DNA of 63,651 bases, counting the filler, from Choristocarpus tenellus KU-1152 (taxonomy: Eukaryota; Protista; Phaeophyceae), in the NCBI GenBank assembly GCA_964200185.2. It is 10 parts of 10 records of this genome, joined end to end, with 100 filler letters (N's around TTAATTAATTAA, not from the genome) between each part and the next. Parts side by side here need not be neighbours in the genome. Positions count along the whole stretch, not along the records: positions 46,110 to 52,802 come from CAXNAD020007553.1; positions 52,903 to 56,576 come from CAXNAD020018583.1; positions 56,677 to 60,017 come from CAXNAD020020691.1; positions 60,118 to 63,651 come from CAXNAD020019401.1; 6 more parts are not named here. One strand, 5' to 3'. A program made the translations under genes and the position numbers. This document shows, one piece after another, positions 50,227 to 62,091 of the stretch. Under the pieces are notes generated by a model, which saw only the letters and a list, made by a program, of their open reading frames with translations, did not search any database and was not told where the DNA came from. Each line of letters begins with the position of its first letter. Position 1 is the stretch's first letter.

Positions 50227-52612
50227 TGGAACACATAGGAGTAATGCTACCAGCGCCCCCATGCATAATCTCGAAGTCTTCCCCTCATTACACGGAGGCC
50301 CTGAAGTCATGGTCTGGAGCACAGGCTGTTGATGCGATCCTGTAAACAGTCACACAGTAAGGCCGCCTACACGCTTGCATAGGCTCAAGGTTGTAGAGAG
50401 AGACCCTGAAGCCATGATATCGAGTGGAGGCCATTGATGCGACCATGCATGAATGCCCTCACATGCGGTCGCAAGGTCTGTTCCTCACTGGGTATGTGTG
50501 GCGTCTGAGCCACAGATTCGACGATGCCGACCCGTTCCCCTAAATTCGGAAGAAGTAGAAGATGAGATTGATTCAGGACTTCCCAACCAATCAGTAGCAG
50601 TCCCATGTAGTGAGCTGAGCATTCTCTCCAGTACGAAGAGATACGTTTGGATCTCCATGTCACAAAAAGCTCACACAGCTTACAATGATGAAAATGACAA
50701 TGCTCCCTTCAAATTACTTCTGAAGGGTCTACCAGTATTCAACGAGGAACCTGCAAATACATGTTTCACTCTCCTCTGTCAGCAAGGGAACCTTGGTCTG
50801 ACCTCTTCTCCACACATACCCCAGGTGTTCCAGGATGCCACCCAGACCCCGCAATAAGAATACCACTCCAAACTTTGCCCTTACACAACCCAACAACTCC
50901 CAACGGAACACCAAATTCCCTAAGGGGCGCTACATATACATGTATATTTCCAACTTGTCAAGGTGAGGTTTGGCGAGAAATCACCTCCTCTATCAGAACT
51001 CACTTGAACGCTCCCCCTCCAGCCCCTGAGGTGATATGGACATTCTCTTATTCCTCTTTTCAAGTTTTCCACATTTTGAGGACCTTATCGTATCTGACTC
51101 CCACTGATTGGTAGATAGCCTCCAACTCCCCACTCTAACCTACATGGTTGTGGATGATAACCTGCTAGTACAGGTTCAACAACCAACATGGTGGCTATCT
51201 TTGTGACTTCCCTCAGAGCAACGATAGAAAGGTTTGATGGATGTGCTGCATGATAACAAATAAATAGTAGGGGCAGTCTTGATTGCAACTAAAGCAGGTA
51301 CTCCACATACACCCTGACCAGATGATGCTCCCGTCCAAGGCATTTATTTCAGTGGAGGGAAACACACGAGACCTCATCTGGAATCTGAATCTCGTTTGTA
51401 TGTCCAATTCTATCTTCCCCACCTCGTCATCAAGAGAAGGTCACATGAGATACATCAACTCACCTTTCGTCAAGGCCACCAAAGTGAAAATTCACCCTCC
51501 ACACGTCTCCCCCCCCATTTTGGATGTATGTAGCTAGTGCAAACGTAGATTGTTTTTCACCACCCCCATATTTACCGCACCCTTACACCTATCCCTACGG
51601 GTGCTTAGTACCTCCTTGCCGCCAAGTCATCTTTGAAGTGTTGGGGATAAGCATGCAAGTCATGGTGGGCCGCTTCACTCATGGCGGTCATCCTTCAGAC
51701 CAGAACTCTCTCTATTACAAAGACAGCAGGAGTAGCGAGCTGGTGACGCCCCATGATACATGGGCATGAGCAATTCACGTCGGCAACTCATAATTTGGTG
51801 GCAGTTAAGGATGTTGGGGTTGGGGGTCGTGGGTAGGAAGGGAGAGGACGCAATGTCTTAGAAACAGGACTTAGAAGGAAGGGTAGTGGAACAGAACCTT
51901 TTCAGTTTGGGTAAGGGGGGTACATGAACATTGTAAGGAGATTGGCAGGAGTAAAGACAGGGTGGCTGTGAGAGGTGGCAGTGACAGATGTTGTGCTGAG
52001 TAGATCAGAGGAATGGGAAGTTGACAGGACGTGACAAACTAGAGGACAGAAAGGGTTTGAACACCGTTGTGAGTGGCCTGGGTGGGTTGTACTCCAACCC
52101 TCAGTTGTCAAAAAGGGATATAGCAGCTTTTTGCAGTAGTGTTTACAGCTTCAGAGACACTTGTTGTAAGAGATGAACGCTGGCTTTATCCGTACCTGTC
52201 CAGAAGTGGCAAGGGAAAACCTATCGTGTCCACTTTTTTCCCTTCTCTTCTCTGCTTGTTCCCAGTCCTTACTTCCTTTCCCTTCATATATCTTACCCCT
52301 CTTCGATGTCCTTAGTACACTGTTTCCATCACCGAATTCTGAATTGCTGGTGTGACTTGCTGACACCTGGTGCCAGTAAAGCATGGAATACCACCAACTC
52401 ACTACTCCTGCTGTCTAGAGAGAGACAAATATCTGAACGTTGGCAACCATGGATAGGGCCATACTGAATGGGCGAACTCTCTGCACGTGTACCTGATCAT
52501 CATGGTGGGCATCATTTTTCACAACACTCATCAGATGACCATGGGAGTCTGAACGATATGCTCAGTCTAAACGTCGCGTATTAAGGTATGATGAAGGCGG
52601 AGGCCAGCAGAA

Positions 52613-52761
52613 GGCTCAAAGTATCTGAGGGAGGGTGACGGCTGTCCATTCGGGGTCCATTTTTCCATGTCGTGATTTTTGGGTTAATTTGGTTGCATAC
52701 TTCAGATGGATAATGCCAGTGCACTTCTCCTGGTTGGGGGCCAGAATGGACACCGTGGTGT

Positions 52762-52792
<31 letters not shown>

Positions 52793-52802
52793 AGCGACCC
52801 CC
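52613..52802. mobile_element. MITE family B at contig end
   Basis: GGCTCAAAGTATCTGAGGG... running into poly-C. Confidence 0.8.
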
Positions 52803-52902
52803 NNNNNNNNNNNNNNNNNNNNNNNNNNNNNNNNNNNNNNNNNNNNTTAATTAATTAANNNNNNNNNNNNNNNNNNNNNNNNNNNNNNNNNNNNNNNNNN
52901 NN

Positions 52903-53042
52903 GCATCCGTTTCGGTCAATCAGATCTTTTTTTTGCTGACTTTTCAAATCCGACCCGCGCGACCAAATCACACCAAACAAGTGAAAATCGAAAAAAGGGT
53001 GAAAAACGGACGCCGATACCCCCCCCCCAGATACTTTGACCC
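52903..53042. mobile_element. MITE family C end (reverse)
   Basis: ...GGACGCCGATACCCCCCCCCCAGATACTTTGACCC. Confidence 0.65.
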
Positions 53043-53347
53043 TTAGTGAGTTGTATTTTGCTATTGTTGTGTTGATTCTTAACAAAATTGATCCCGATAG
53101 ATTTTATGGGATACGCCGCCTATTGATTGCTTGGGGATGTCTGAAATAGGGGGGGGGTTCAATAGACCCTTCTAAACATATCGGTAAATGATAGTAAAGT
53201 GAATTTCGAGTCAGAGTACATATTGTTGGCTGGTAAACACATACTCTTCTTCCATGAAGGGGACATTCCTTCTTTCAAAGGGTACTCCTATGCCGCACCT
53301 AAATGTAAACCAATCACCCACTTCCAACACCACATATTCTAGTGTTC

Positions 53348-53604
53348 GAGCCAAAGTATCTTAGAGGGTAGAGTCGCATCCATTTAGGGACCAGAGTCAA
53401 TGTTGCGATTTTTTATGTATAATTTTGGCTATGTTTGTTGGGAAGTGTCAATATCTATGTTCTGGACACACCTTTTCATAACGTATACACTTTCCCTACT
53501 CCGAAAATATTGGAGTAGAAAAATGTCATAAAAGAATCCATGGGAAGTCAAGCCCCAAATGGACAAACAGGGCAAAACTCGTACCCTCTAAGATACTTTA
53601 ACTT
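53348..53604. mobile_element. MITE family A, TSD GTTC
   Basis: TIRs and perfect 4-bp TSD. Confidence 0.9.
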
Positions 53605-53649
53605 GTTCATCACTTCTACTCCTACCTGAGGTGGAATGCACTATATATA

Positions 53650-54680
53650 TAGGACGACGGAGACCATGTGGCTTTGCCCTCCTAGTCAGGATACCCAAAC
53701 CGCGCAGATTTAGGCACTGAACCAGATCTATAAGCAGACTGGTAGGTTTAGTTTAACTTGGGGGAGCCATCAGCGACGATACGCCACTAATGCTGCTGAG
53801 AGCCAAACCAATTGAGAGATAGGTAGGTTTGAACCCTTTTGCATTCTATGCCATCGTTCTTACCCAGTGTAATACACATTTCATTGCTTTATGTGCACAA
53901 TTAGTATACGCATAATTGGTATCCCCCCTTTCCACACACAAAATTACACCATAAACTGCCAAAGGTGCGTTCAGCAATTTTACAAGATTGTCTACTTGTC
54001 CCCTTTCTAGGGATCCTTTAAATGCAACCCTGCCTACCTCTAAATTGGTTTTGCTCTGAGATCAGCCGGAGAATTCAGAAAGCTTGGAGCTGTTTTCGTG
54101 GATTCAGTCAAACGTTTTATGACTGGACCTCAGGTGTCTCAGTTGAGCTTCAGATTCGAATGGTCAAAGCTGAAGTACTTGAAGCTCTGATATGTGGCTA
54201 TACGACATAGACCCTCTGCCAGGTTCATTATCTGAACCTCTGCTCACACCATCATATATTCCTCCCCCATTGCATAGGTTTTCACATGCGGTAACACACC
54301 AATCATGTCCTATCCAAGATGCTCTTATGAAGACGGGTGTGAGAGTATATCGAGTAAGTTAACTCCCATGGGAGATGAGCAACTTCTCAAGATATTGGTG
54401 TTTGGGGAGTATGCGAATGTAGAACGGAAGCAATGTGGACCGGAGAAGAACAGATGAACATGCCTCCGAGATGACCGCAACAAGTTTGGATTGGAGTTAA
54501 GGGTTTGGAGCGTGAAGCTAGCTAACCAACTGAAGTGGTATGAGTACTTGGCTAATGGCACAATAAGGTTCGTGACCGAACAACTCACCAAGGAAGCTGT
54601 GATAGCTAATGTACGTCACACCAAAGCAGGAGCTAAGGTCGCCCAACCCACCACCACCACCAACATCACTGTTTACTGAA
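53650..54680 (+). mobile_element. Decayed RTE-like LINE 3' fragment, interrupted by a ~220-bp repeat
   Basis: YKQTGRF..LGGAIS, EISRRIQKAWSCF, IRMVKAEVLEALICG, LLKILVFGE. Confidence 0.7.
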
Positions 54681-55262
54681 AACTGTTTCTTTGTGGGTTT
54701 ATTCCCTTGTTTTTCTCCTGCGGGTTCTATTCTTCCTGTTAATGAGGCAAACTAATTGAAAGGTAGGAAGGGTTTGCGAGCCAAAGTATCTTAGAGGGTA
54801 GAGCCTCATCCATTTTGGGGCCAAAATCCAACGTTGCGATTTTGATGTAATTTTGGCTATCGTGTTTGTTTGGAAGTGTCAATATTCATGTTACGGCACA
54901 CCTTTTTTTGACGTTATAATTTTCCCTACACCTAAACATTTTGGAATAGGAAAATGTCATTAAAAAACCCACGGGAAGCCAAGCCCCAAATGGACAAACA
55001 GGGCAAAACTCCTACCCTCTAAGATACTTTCACTCAAGCGTTTGAAGGAGCCCGAGAAACGGCAAATAGACGTCATTTTGTACAATTGCAGAAAGAGTCT
55101 TTGCTTAATTGTGGTGTCATTTAGTGTGTGGAAATGAGGAATATCAATGTTGCACACTATTGTGCACATAGAGCAATGAAATAGAGTGTATTGTACAGGG
55201 TAAGAACGATGGCTTAAAATGCAAAAGAGTCCAAACTTGCTTACCTCCTAATTGATTTAGCT
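53800..55262. repeat. Two inverted copies of a ~220-bp dispersed repeat (53800-54022 and 55040-55262)
   Basis: Shared core TTTTGCATT...GCCATCGTTCTTACCC...TTTCATTGCT.TATGTGCACAAT on opposite strands. Confidence 0.75.
54778..55035. mobile_element. MITE family A
   Basis: Full TIRs. Confidence 0.9.
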
Positions 55263-56676
55263 ATTTATTTTTTCTTCTCTTCGTCTTTTTTCTTTTTCTA
55301 CTAATTTAATTTTTAGTCCTTATCGCCATTTGCCAAGTAGTGTACACAGGGAGTGTACCTATATTAAGAGAGGGTAAGGGCAAGCGAAAAAACTCTCTTA
55401 TATTCTGACCCTCTCTTATTTGATTTAAGAGATTTTTTCTCTTAAACCGAGGGGATCTTGATAAGCGAAACCTATGTTATATCGAGCAAAAGTGTTCGTA
55501 GGCACTTTTTATACTTGTCCCCGAACGATGACAGAGCGACGCCCTTGCTGTATGTCCTTCCCATGTGCCTTCGAGAGTAGTTACATGTAGATATGTATTG
55601 AACATTGCTGTCGGTGAGCTCATTTTGATGAAGCTGTGGTGGTGCAGCAAGCACCACATCTACACCACCCCTGCACAGTATACCAGTGTCATATGTATAC
55701 AGTATTGTAACTTGGGTAAAATTACACTCATTACGATGTATTCACTCATATGTATAGTACACCTTCCCAAGAAAAGCATCTGCAAGCCGCTGGATGACTG
55801 GGCAGATGACTCGCAGGTCAAATTCAAATCGACGTTCAAAGTCAATCTCCCTTCGATGCCCTACCCTATGTATTCTATTACATACTATAAGGACACCGCC
55901 ATGTACCCCCCATAACAATTATTCGCAAATAAAAAATCGCGACTGCCAACAAAACTTGAATGTCTGCTTGTTTGATTGCCCTTGCCTTGATTGTGCTGAG
56001 TCAAGCCAGCCTTGCTTTCCAGAGATGGTACGAAACATCATTCATGCGCTTCTTGAGAGTACAGCAGTGGAGGAATTGAGAACACTGAAGACGCTGCTCC
56101 TTTCCTCACGGCCATCATGGTCTTTAGGAATGTCAACGCTTCCACCTTCTCTGCAACGTCAAGCATTTACGATTGTCGGCACTGCAAGGCTTGTAGGATG
56201 CGCTTTTCTCCGAGCACCTTCCCCTCGCCCTTGTTCTTGTTATCGTGGCGCTTTGACGCCATGTAATCACCGGCTGGAGGACTAGAAGCCTTGCGCTTGG
56301 TAGGGCTCACGCAAAACTTACTCACGCGTTTCACATTTTGCTGGCGCCAAAAGGATCCACGACGCTGCAAATACCATGAATATAGTAGCGACAAACACGA
56401 CACTTTTGGCATGTATAGTGTGGTGGACCAGGAGTATTGTTATAGCATGCCTCAGAAGCTTACCTCCATCATGATGCACGTAAATGACTCCTGATGCACA
56501 AGTAGTCAAGTATGCTGGATTTATCACTTGGATTTATGTTCGATTAGACTCTTCCAACTCTATCGGACAGTTACGGNNNNNNNNNNNNNNNNNNNNNNNN
56601 NNNNNNNNNNNNNNNNNNNNTTAATTAATTAANNNNNNNNNNNNNNNNNNNNNNNNNNNNNNNNNNNNNNNNNNNN

Positions 56677-59130
56677 CTCAAGTTTGACTCCGTCCATGGG
56701 ACATGGTGAGAGCAACGATGACACTTAGCGTTGACTCTACTATGTGTCACGACCACTAGTACCTGCATGCTCTGTCTTCGACATTGGTGATGGTTCTAGA
56801 CTTGTTTACGTGGTATCTGTGGCGTGTCTCCCCTACCAAAGGCTGATAGGTCTGATCACATTTTCCACTGCATCAGTTTTAGCTCGGATACTTTTGACTT
56901 ATTTGCAACCCATCGATCTCCAAACAAATATTGCGCAGGGGTCCAGAGGTAGAGTACGAAGGGGCAAAAGACTCTATCGTCGTTGACGGCAAAAGTATCG
57001 CTGTCACAACAAACACTGAGATCGCTGACACGGACTGGTCTGGACATGGTATTGATATGGTCTGCTGCTGCACGGTAGGTGACGGGGAATGGACCGGATA
57101 AGAGGTGTTCAACGTTCACTTGAACTGGATCTAATAGAATGAGCACAAGCATTGGGATTGATGAATGGCTCTAGTTGTTGCTAAACGTTATAGGGTGGAA
57201 CACACTCATTCCTCCAGCATAATCTAGGCTGTGAGTTAGCTTTGAAGTGTTGTCCTGTTTCCTTGTGTTGTGTTGTTCCTCTCCGCCATTAAATTCGACT
57301 TCAGGGGGAGTAAAAAGGCTCGACAAACCTCAGTAAATGCGTGAGTGTTTTCTACAAAATGCAGACTTCGTCCATCTCTCCAGTTATTGCGTATTACTCT
57401 CCATATTAGTCTGAGGAATTATCCTATCCTTTCTTCAAATACACTAAACACCGCATTACTTCATAAAATAGCAATAACTGTAACTAACTTTTGTGTCATA
57501 CCCAGGTGTGATACCGGGGTATCTTTGTATTTCAGGATGCAATTGGTGCGTTTCAGTTATTGATATGGAATTCAACGCAATAGGAACTTGTGGTGTAGTG
57601 AATGGATATGAGTGAAAGTATCTTAGAGGGTACGAGTTTTTCCCTGTTTGTCCATTTGGGATTTGACTTCCCACGGGGTTTTTGTGACATTTTACCTACT
57701 CCGAAATGTTCAGAGTAGGTAAAATGTATACGTTATGAAAAGGGTGTGTCCAGAACAAAGATATTGATATCTCCTAACAAACACAATAGCCAAAATTACA
57801 TCAAAATCACAACATTGGATTATGGTCCCCAATCGGATGCGACTCTACCCTCTAAGATACTTTGACTCATGGCCCCCTCGAACAAAGTACTTCCCAATTC
57901 TCCAACAAACAAGATGGTATCAGAGCACAGGATCCATCACTCAACATTGCCACATTCTGTATACAAAGTATTCAGGCAGCTTTGGCCCCTTTTGAGCATT
58001 TGTTCTCATTGGTGAATGCTCAGACTACTGGGTTATTGTGGATTGGACACACTACACTTACAGAACTCTGCAAAGCAAACTCAAGACTTCTACTGTTCAA
58101 CCATGATCTAGAAATGAGTGAAAGTATCTTAGAGGGTACGAGCTTTTCCCTGTTTTTCCATTTGGTCTTGGCTTCCCATGGGTTTTTTAAATGACATCTT
58201 TCCTACTCTGAAATATTTCTGAGTAGGTAAAATGTGTAAGTTATGAAAAGGTGTGTCCGGAACAAGGATATTGATATCTCCTAACAAATATGATAGCCAA
58301 AATCAATCAAAATCACAACGTTGGATTTTGGTCCTCAAATGAATGTTTCAGAATAGGTCAAATGTATACGATATGAAAAGGTGTGTCCAGATCAAGGATA
58401 TTGACACTTCCCTAACAAACACAACAGTTAAAATTTCATCAAAACATCAACATTGGCTTTTGGTCCCCAAATGGACACGTCTCTTCCCTCTAAGATACCT
58501 TGGCCCTGTAGTGGTCCTACTACTAGTAGGAATATACCTTGTCTCTTGTTGTCACAAATGTCACACCAAGTACAGATCTTGTTGGTGTGTTCGATAGTCC
58601 CTTATTTTTGTGATTTTGCTGTTGTTTGTTGCATTCTGTCTGTTACGTTTCTTCTTACAAGATTCTTCCTACGGTTACGCCTCTTGTTTGGTTGTGTTTC
58701 CTCTGCCTCGTTACATTTTTTCATTTTATCAAAGTTCAACCACTGCAAAGGTATCAGGAAATGAGTTACAAGTGCAGTTGGTAATTTTTTATGTCAAGAA
58801 AAATATTTGTATTGTGTTAGACTCTGCTCTGTGGTATGCCGCAGCGAGCAAAACAATTAATACAAAAGTGCCTAGACCAAGTTGATATATGAATGTCCTA
58901 GAGACAGCCCAACCACAAAGAAAGCCATTCAAAGAACATGTATCGTGTAACCACTCATTGCACTAACCCTTTCCCGGATCTCTCTCTCTCTCTCTCATGT
59001 TTTGCACCCGCAAATCCCTGTGACAATTGACAATGAAAATGAGCAGGGAAAATTCCTCACCAAGGAAAAGCTTCAACCATACTTTGATGGAGGTGTTCAG
59101 AGGGTAGTAGTGTCTGCCCCAGTGAAGGAG
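56677..59130 (+). CDS. Partial glyceraldehyde-3-phosphate dehydrogenase, ArsJ-associated/Gap3 type (3 exons: 56677-56705, 56939-57074, 59047-59130)
   Basis: Spliced translation LKFDSVHGTWGPEVEYEGAKDSIVVDGKSIAVTTNTEIADTDWSGHGIDMVCCCTGKFLTKEKLQPYFDGGVQRVVVSAPVKE. Canonical GT-AG introns with phases 2 and 0. Matches the GAPDH NAD-binding domain; FDSVHGxW, IADTDWS, LQPYFD and APVKE are typical of the arsenate-associated subgroup. Both ends are cut by contig limits. Confidence 0.88.
57610..57868. mobile_element. MITE family A in GAPDH intron
   Basis: Full TIRs. Confidence 0.9.
58116..58506. mobile_element. MITE family A with internal duplication, in GAPDH intron
   Basis: Segment of ~58225-58340 repeated at ~58350-58475. 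Confidence 0.85.
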
Positions 59131-61510
59131 GTGAGGAAACATTACCATTGTCCCTTCCTTGCGTGTGCCTGTAAATGTGTTGTCTTTTGGGTGGATATAT
59201 TGTTGAGAAAAAAATTCCTGTAACTGTTTCTTTTTTTATCATCTGGGGGGTACTACAAGTGCGAGAGAGGGGAAGGGCGTTTTGTGTCCCGTGTCCTTTC
59301 TGGAAGGATAGCTATGCCGTTTCAGTACCGTGGAAGTGAATTTTGAAGTCATAAAGTCAGGAAAATGGTAGTACTGTGGAAGCAACCGACGGCAGAACGT
59401 AGTTTTGACAACATACCTGTCAGCAGTGTATGCACGTGTTGGTGATATACCTTTACAATGCCGTACTGAATAACAGATATCCCCCAATGTATTGGTTGCA
59501 GCTACTCAAATCATTTTGCCCTCGAGAATTGTAACACTGCCCAACTATTATCCAGTCATCTTTACTCCCTGTTGAGCAACGCCTGCCAGGTTACTACTGT
59601 TCTGTATTCTTGTTTTGTTGAAGAGGCGAATGTGATTCGATGATAAAATGCAAGGGACAAACCTTCACTCTTGTTTGCTGTGGATGAAATATCAACTTCT
59701 CCTGTGGCTTCACCTTTCGAAATGCCGTAGCTATCTGTAACCCCCTTCTTTAAAACCATCGCTTACGACATCATTCTAAGAGAGGTTATTTATAAACAGT
59801 GCAACTGATGAGTTGGAATTGGTTGCTGTACTAGGAGCTCTTGTTTTATACAGACGTTGTAGGAAGAAAAAGTGTCTCCTGTATGATAATAGTGGTTGTG
59901 TGGACAGCAGCGCAATTTGTTCTACTTCATGGCTTCAACATGCCCTTCTTCTCTTCACCCCCCCCCCCCCCCCCCCCCCCCCCCCCACCCCCCCCCCCCC
60001 CTCCCCACCGCCCACCCNNNNNNNNNNNNNNNNNNNNNNNNNNNNNNNNNNNNNNNNNNNNTTAATTAATTAANNNNNNNNNNNNNNNNNNNNNNNNNNN
60101 NNNNNNNNNNNNNNNNNCCATACATATTTTACCGGAACTGTCCGATAGAGTTGGAAGAGTCCAATCGAACACCTGTGCCCATGTAGGCGTATTGAGAGCT
60201 ACCCAACAAGAAATCAAGGGTAATCGCGGCGAAACAGATTGAGTCTACCTACTATCCTGTCATGGCATCTCTCCAGCATTTTGTTCCTGAGCTCCTTATT
60301 TGTAGAAAACTTGTTGCTGGATAGACATGATCGATGAACCCTTTGCATGCTGCCTTCAACAATGTGGTAAAGGTATAAATGAGGCCACTAATTGTACTGT
60401 TGTCCAGCAAGAACACGTTCGACAAAAGATATGGTGTTACTGGAAGTAAAGGAAAAGAGGTATAGTAACACAAAACCAGGTTCACAACTAGCATTACACA
60501 GGAACACTAAGGCCACGGACACAATCTAGAACTTCTCCCAACCATTGAACGGAGCTCTGAGATAGCCATCTTATGCCACAAAAGGGAGGCGTTCATGACT
60601 CCAAGGGAGGACTACGGTCTATTTGAGGAACATTTGCACAAGTGCTTTTTGTGAGGGTTGGGGAATGTCATTGTTCTAGCTTGCAGTCACATGCATATGA
60701 TGAATCTCTACTTCCCATACAAGATACATTCCAAGTGTACTCAAATTGATAATAAATCGTATTGGCTAGGTCTGAAGCCTTCATACACAGCGCATACGAT
60801 ATAGGTCAAACTTAGTTGCCTCGAAATTGGCCTTGAAATCGCTTCAAAATCACATGCACAACACCCCAACCCAGCTTCAAGCTCAATACATACCATGCTG
60901 TGTATGACAAGGAAGTCATACTTACTTACTCCTCCTCTTTTGTGTTGGCGGTCGAGCAGTACATGCCTCAATAGAATCCTCAACCCTCAACGCTTGTTTT
61001 AGTGCCTTCAGAAAATGGAAAACTCGTTTGAGGTGCATAATAGGTCTATGGCCCGCAAACCCAAGTGCTGCACCCCGACATAGTTTTCCTAAACCATGGA
61101 GAAAAGGAGAGAAAATGGATCAACAGTCTACCTCGAGGGAATGCCAACCTGGCATAGCTAATGCGTTCATACCTGTGCATCAACAGTGGCAGGGGGATGA
61201 TTGTGCTTGTCGACATTTGCTAGGTATCCTAATTGTACCTTTTGACCCTTGTCCTTGTGGATCAGACTTCATAGTTATTTTTTATGAAGTGTCGCTTGGG
61301 CCTTGACCACTAGAGATACAGAGTGTCTGTGAGGGGAGGTGGGGAGGGAGGGTAGGGGTACGGAATTTTTTGTTTGTTTGGGTACTCCTTCTTTCAAACG
61401 TGTGTGACGTGGTAGGTTGGGGCAGGGGTGGTGTGGACATCTGTTGTATATTCTGTGTTGTGTATGTGTATGTGTATGTGTGTTGTTACTATTTTTGATT
61501 CTGATACAAG

Positions 61511-61655
61511 GGAGAACTATACTTCGGTGCATTGTACAATCGAAACTGCATGCGAATTTATGTTCTGGGCAAGACGTCCTGGGGGCATTTTCGTTCTTCA
61601 CAGCTTGCTCAAATAACACGCGAAGGCACAGATACACTTCCTACTGGGGACAATG
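61511..61655 (+). CDS. Isolated candidate exon, unidentified gene (GELYFGALYNRNCMRIYVLGKTSWGHF...)
   Basis: AG acceptor after TG-rich tract, GTATGG donor, open frame, CpG retained. Confidence 0.4.
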
Positions 61656-61831
61656 GTATGGTCTGCTGTTGTGGTGGACACTGCTGCTACCACATGGATG
61701 CTTTCTGATGTGTTGTTGTGTGTACAGTTGAACAGGAACCCACAGAACAAATCTACGTTGATTCACCACCAGTGGATGCTCCCTTTGGTGCAAGCTGCCT
61801 TACCCCCATCATCATCATGCTATTATCTATT

Positions 61832-62091
61832 GAGTGAAAGTATCTTAGAGGGTACGAGTTTTGCCCTGTTTGTCCATTTGAGGCTTGTCTTCGCATGCCT
61901 TTTTTTAATGACATTTTCCTACTCCAATTTTTTTCGGAGTAGGTACAATGTATGCGTTATGAAAAGGTATGACCGGAACAAGGATATTTACACTTCCTAA
62001 CAAATACGATAGCCAAAATTACATAGAGATTGCAACATTGGAATTTGGCCCTCAAATGGACACGGCTCTACCCTCTAAGATACTTTGGCTC
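61832..62091. mobile_element. MITE family A
   Basis: Full TIRs; flanks TATT/TATA. Confidence 0.9.

Noticed and set aside
50300-52600. Possible DIRS/Ngaro RNase H relic
   Set aside because: Only vague motif resemblance; not supportable without a search.
56700-57320. Copia RT/PPT (PYQRLIG, CAGGGGGAG)
   Set aside because: Better explained as GAPDH exons and introns; the resemblance is incidental.
39549-59130. ABCB transporter plus arsenate-type GAPDH as a detoxification gene cluster
   Set aside because: They lie on different contigs separated by four artificial spacers, and ArsJ is an MFS, not an ABC, protein. Linkage is unsupported.
5454-60117. Recurring TTAATTAATTAA between N runs as a biological repeat or array
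   Set aside because: Fixed 44N-12-44N format with six-frame stops: an assembly concatenation linker.
20536-62091. Recurring ORF peptides such as SESILEGTSFALFVHLG as a gene family
   Set aside because: They are translations of MITE-A TIR sequence.
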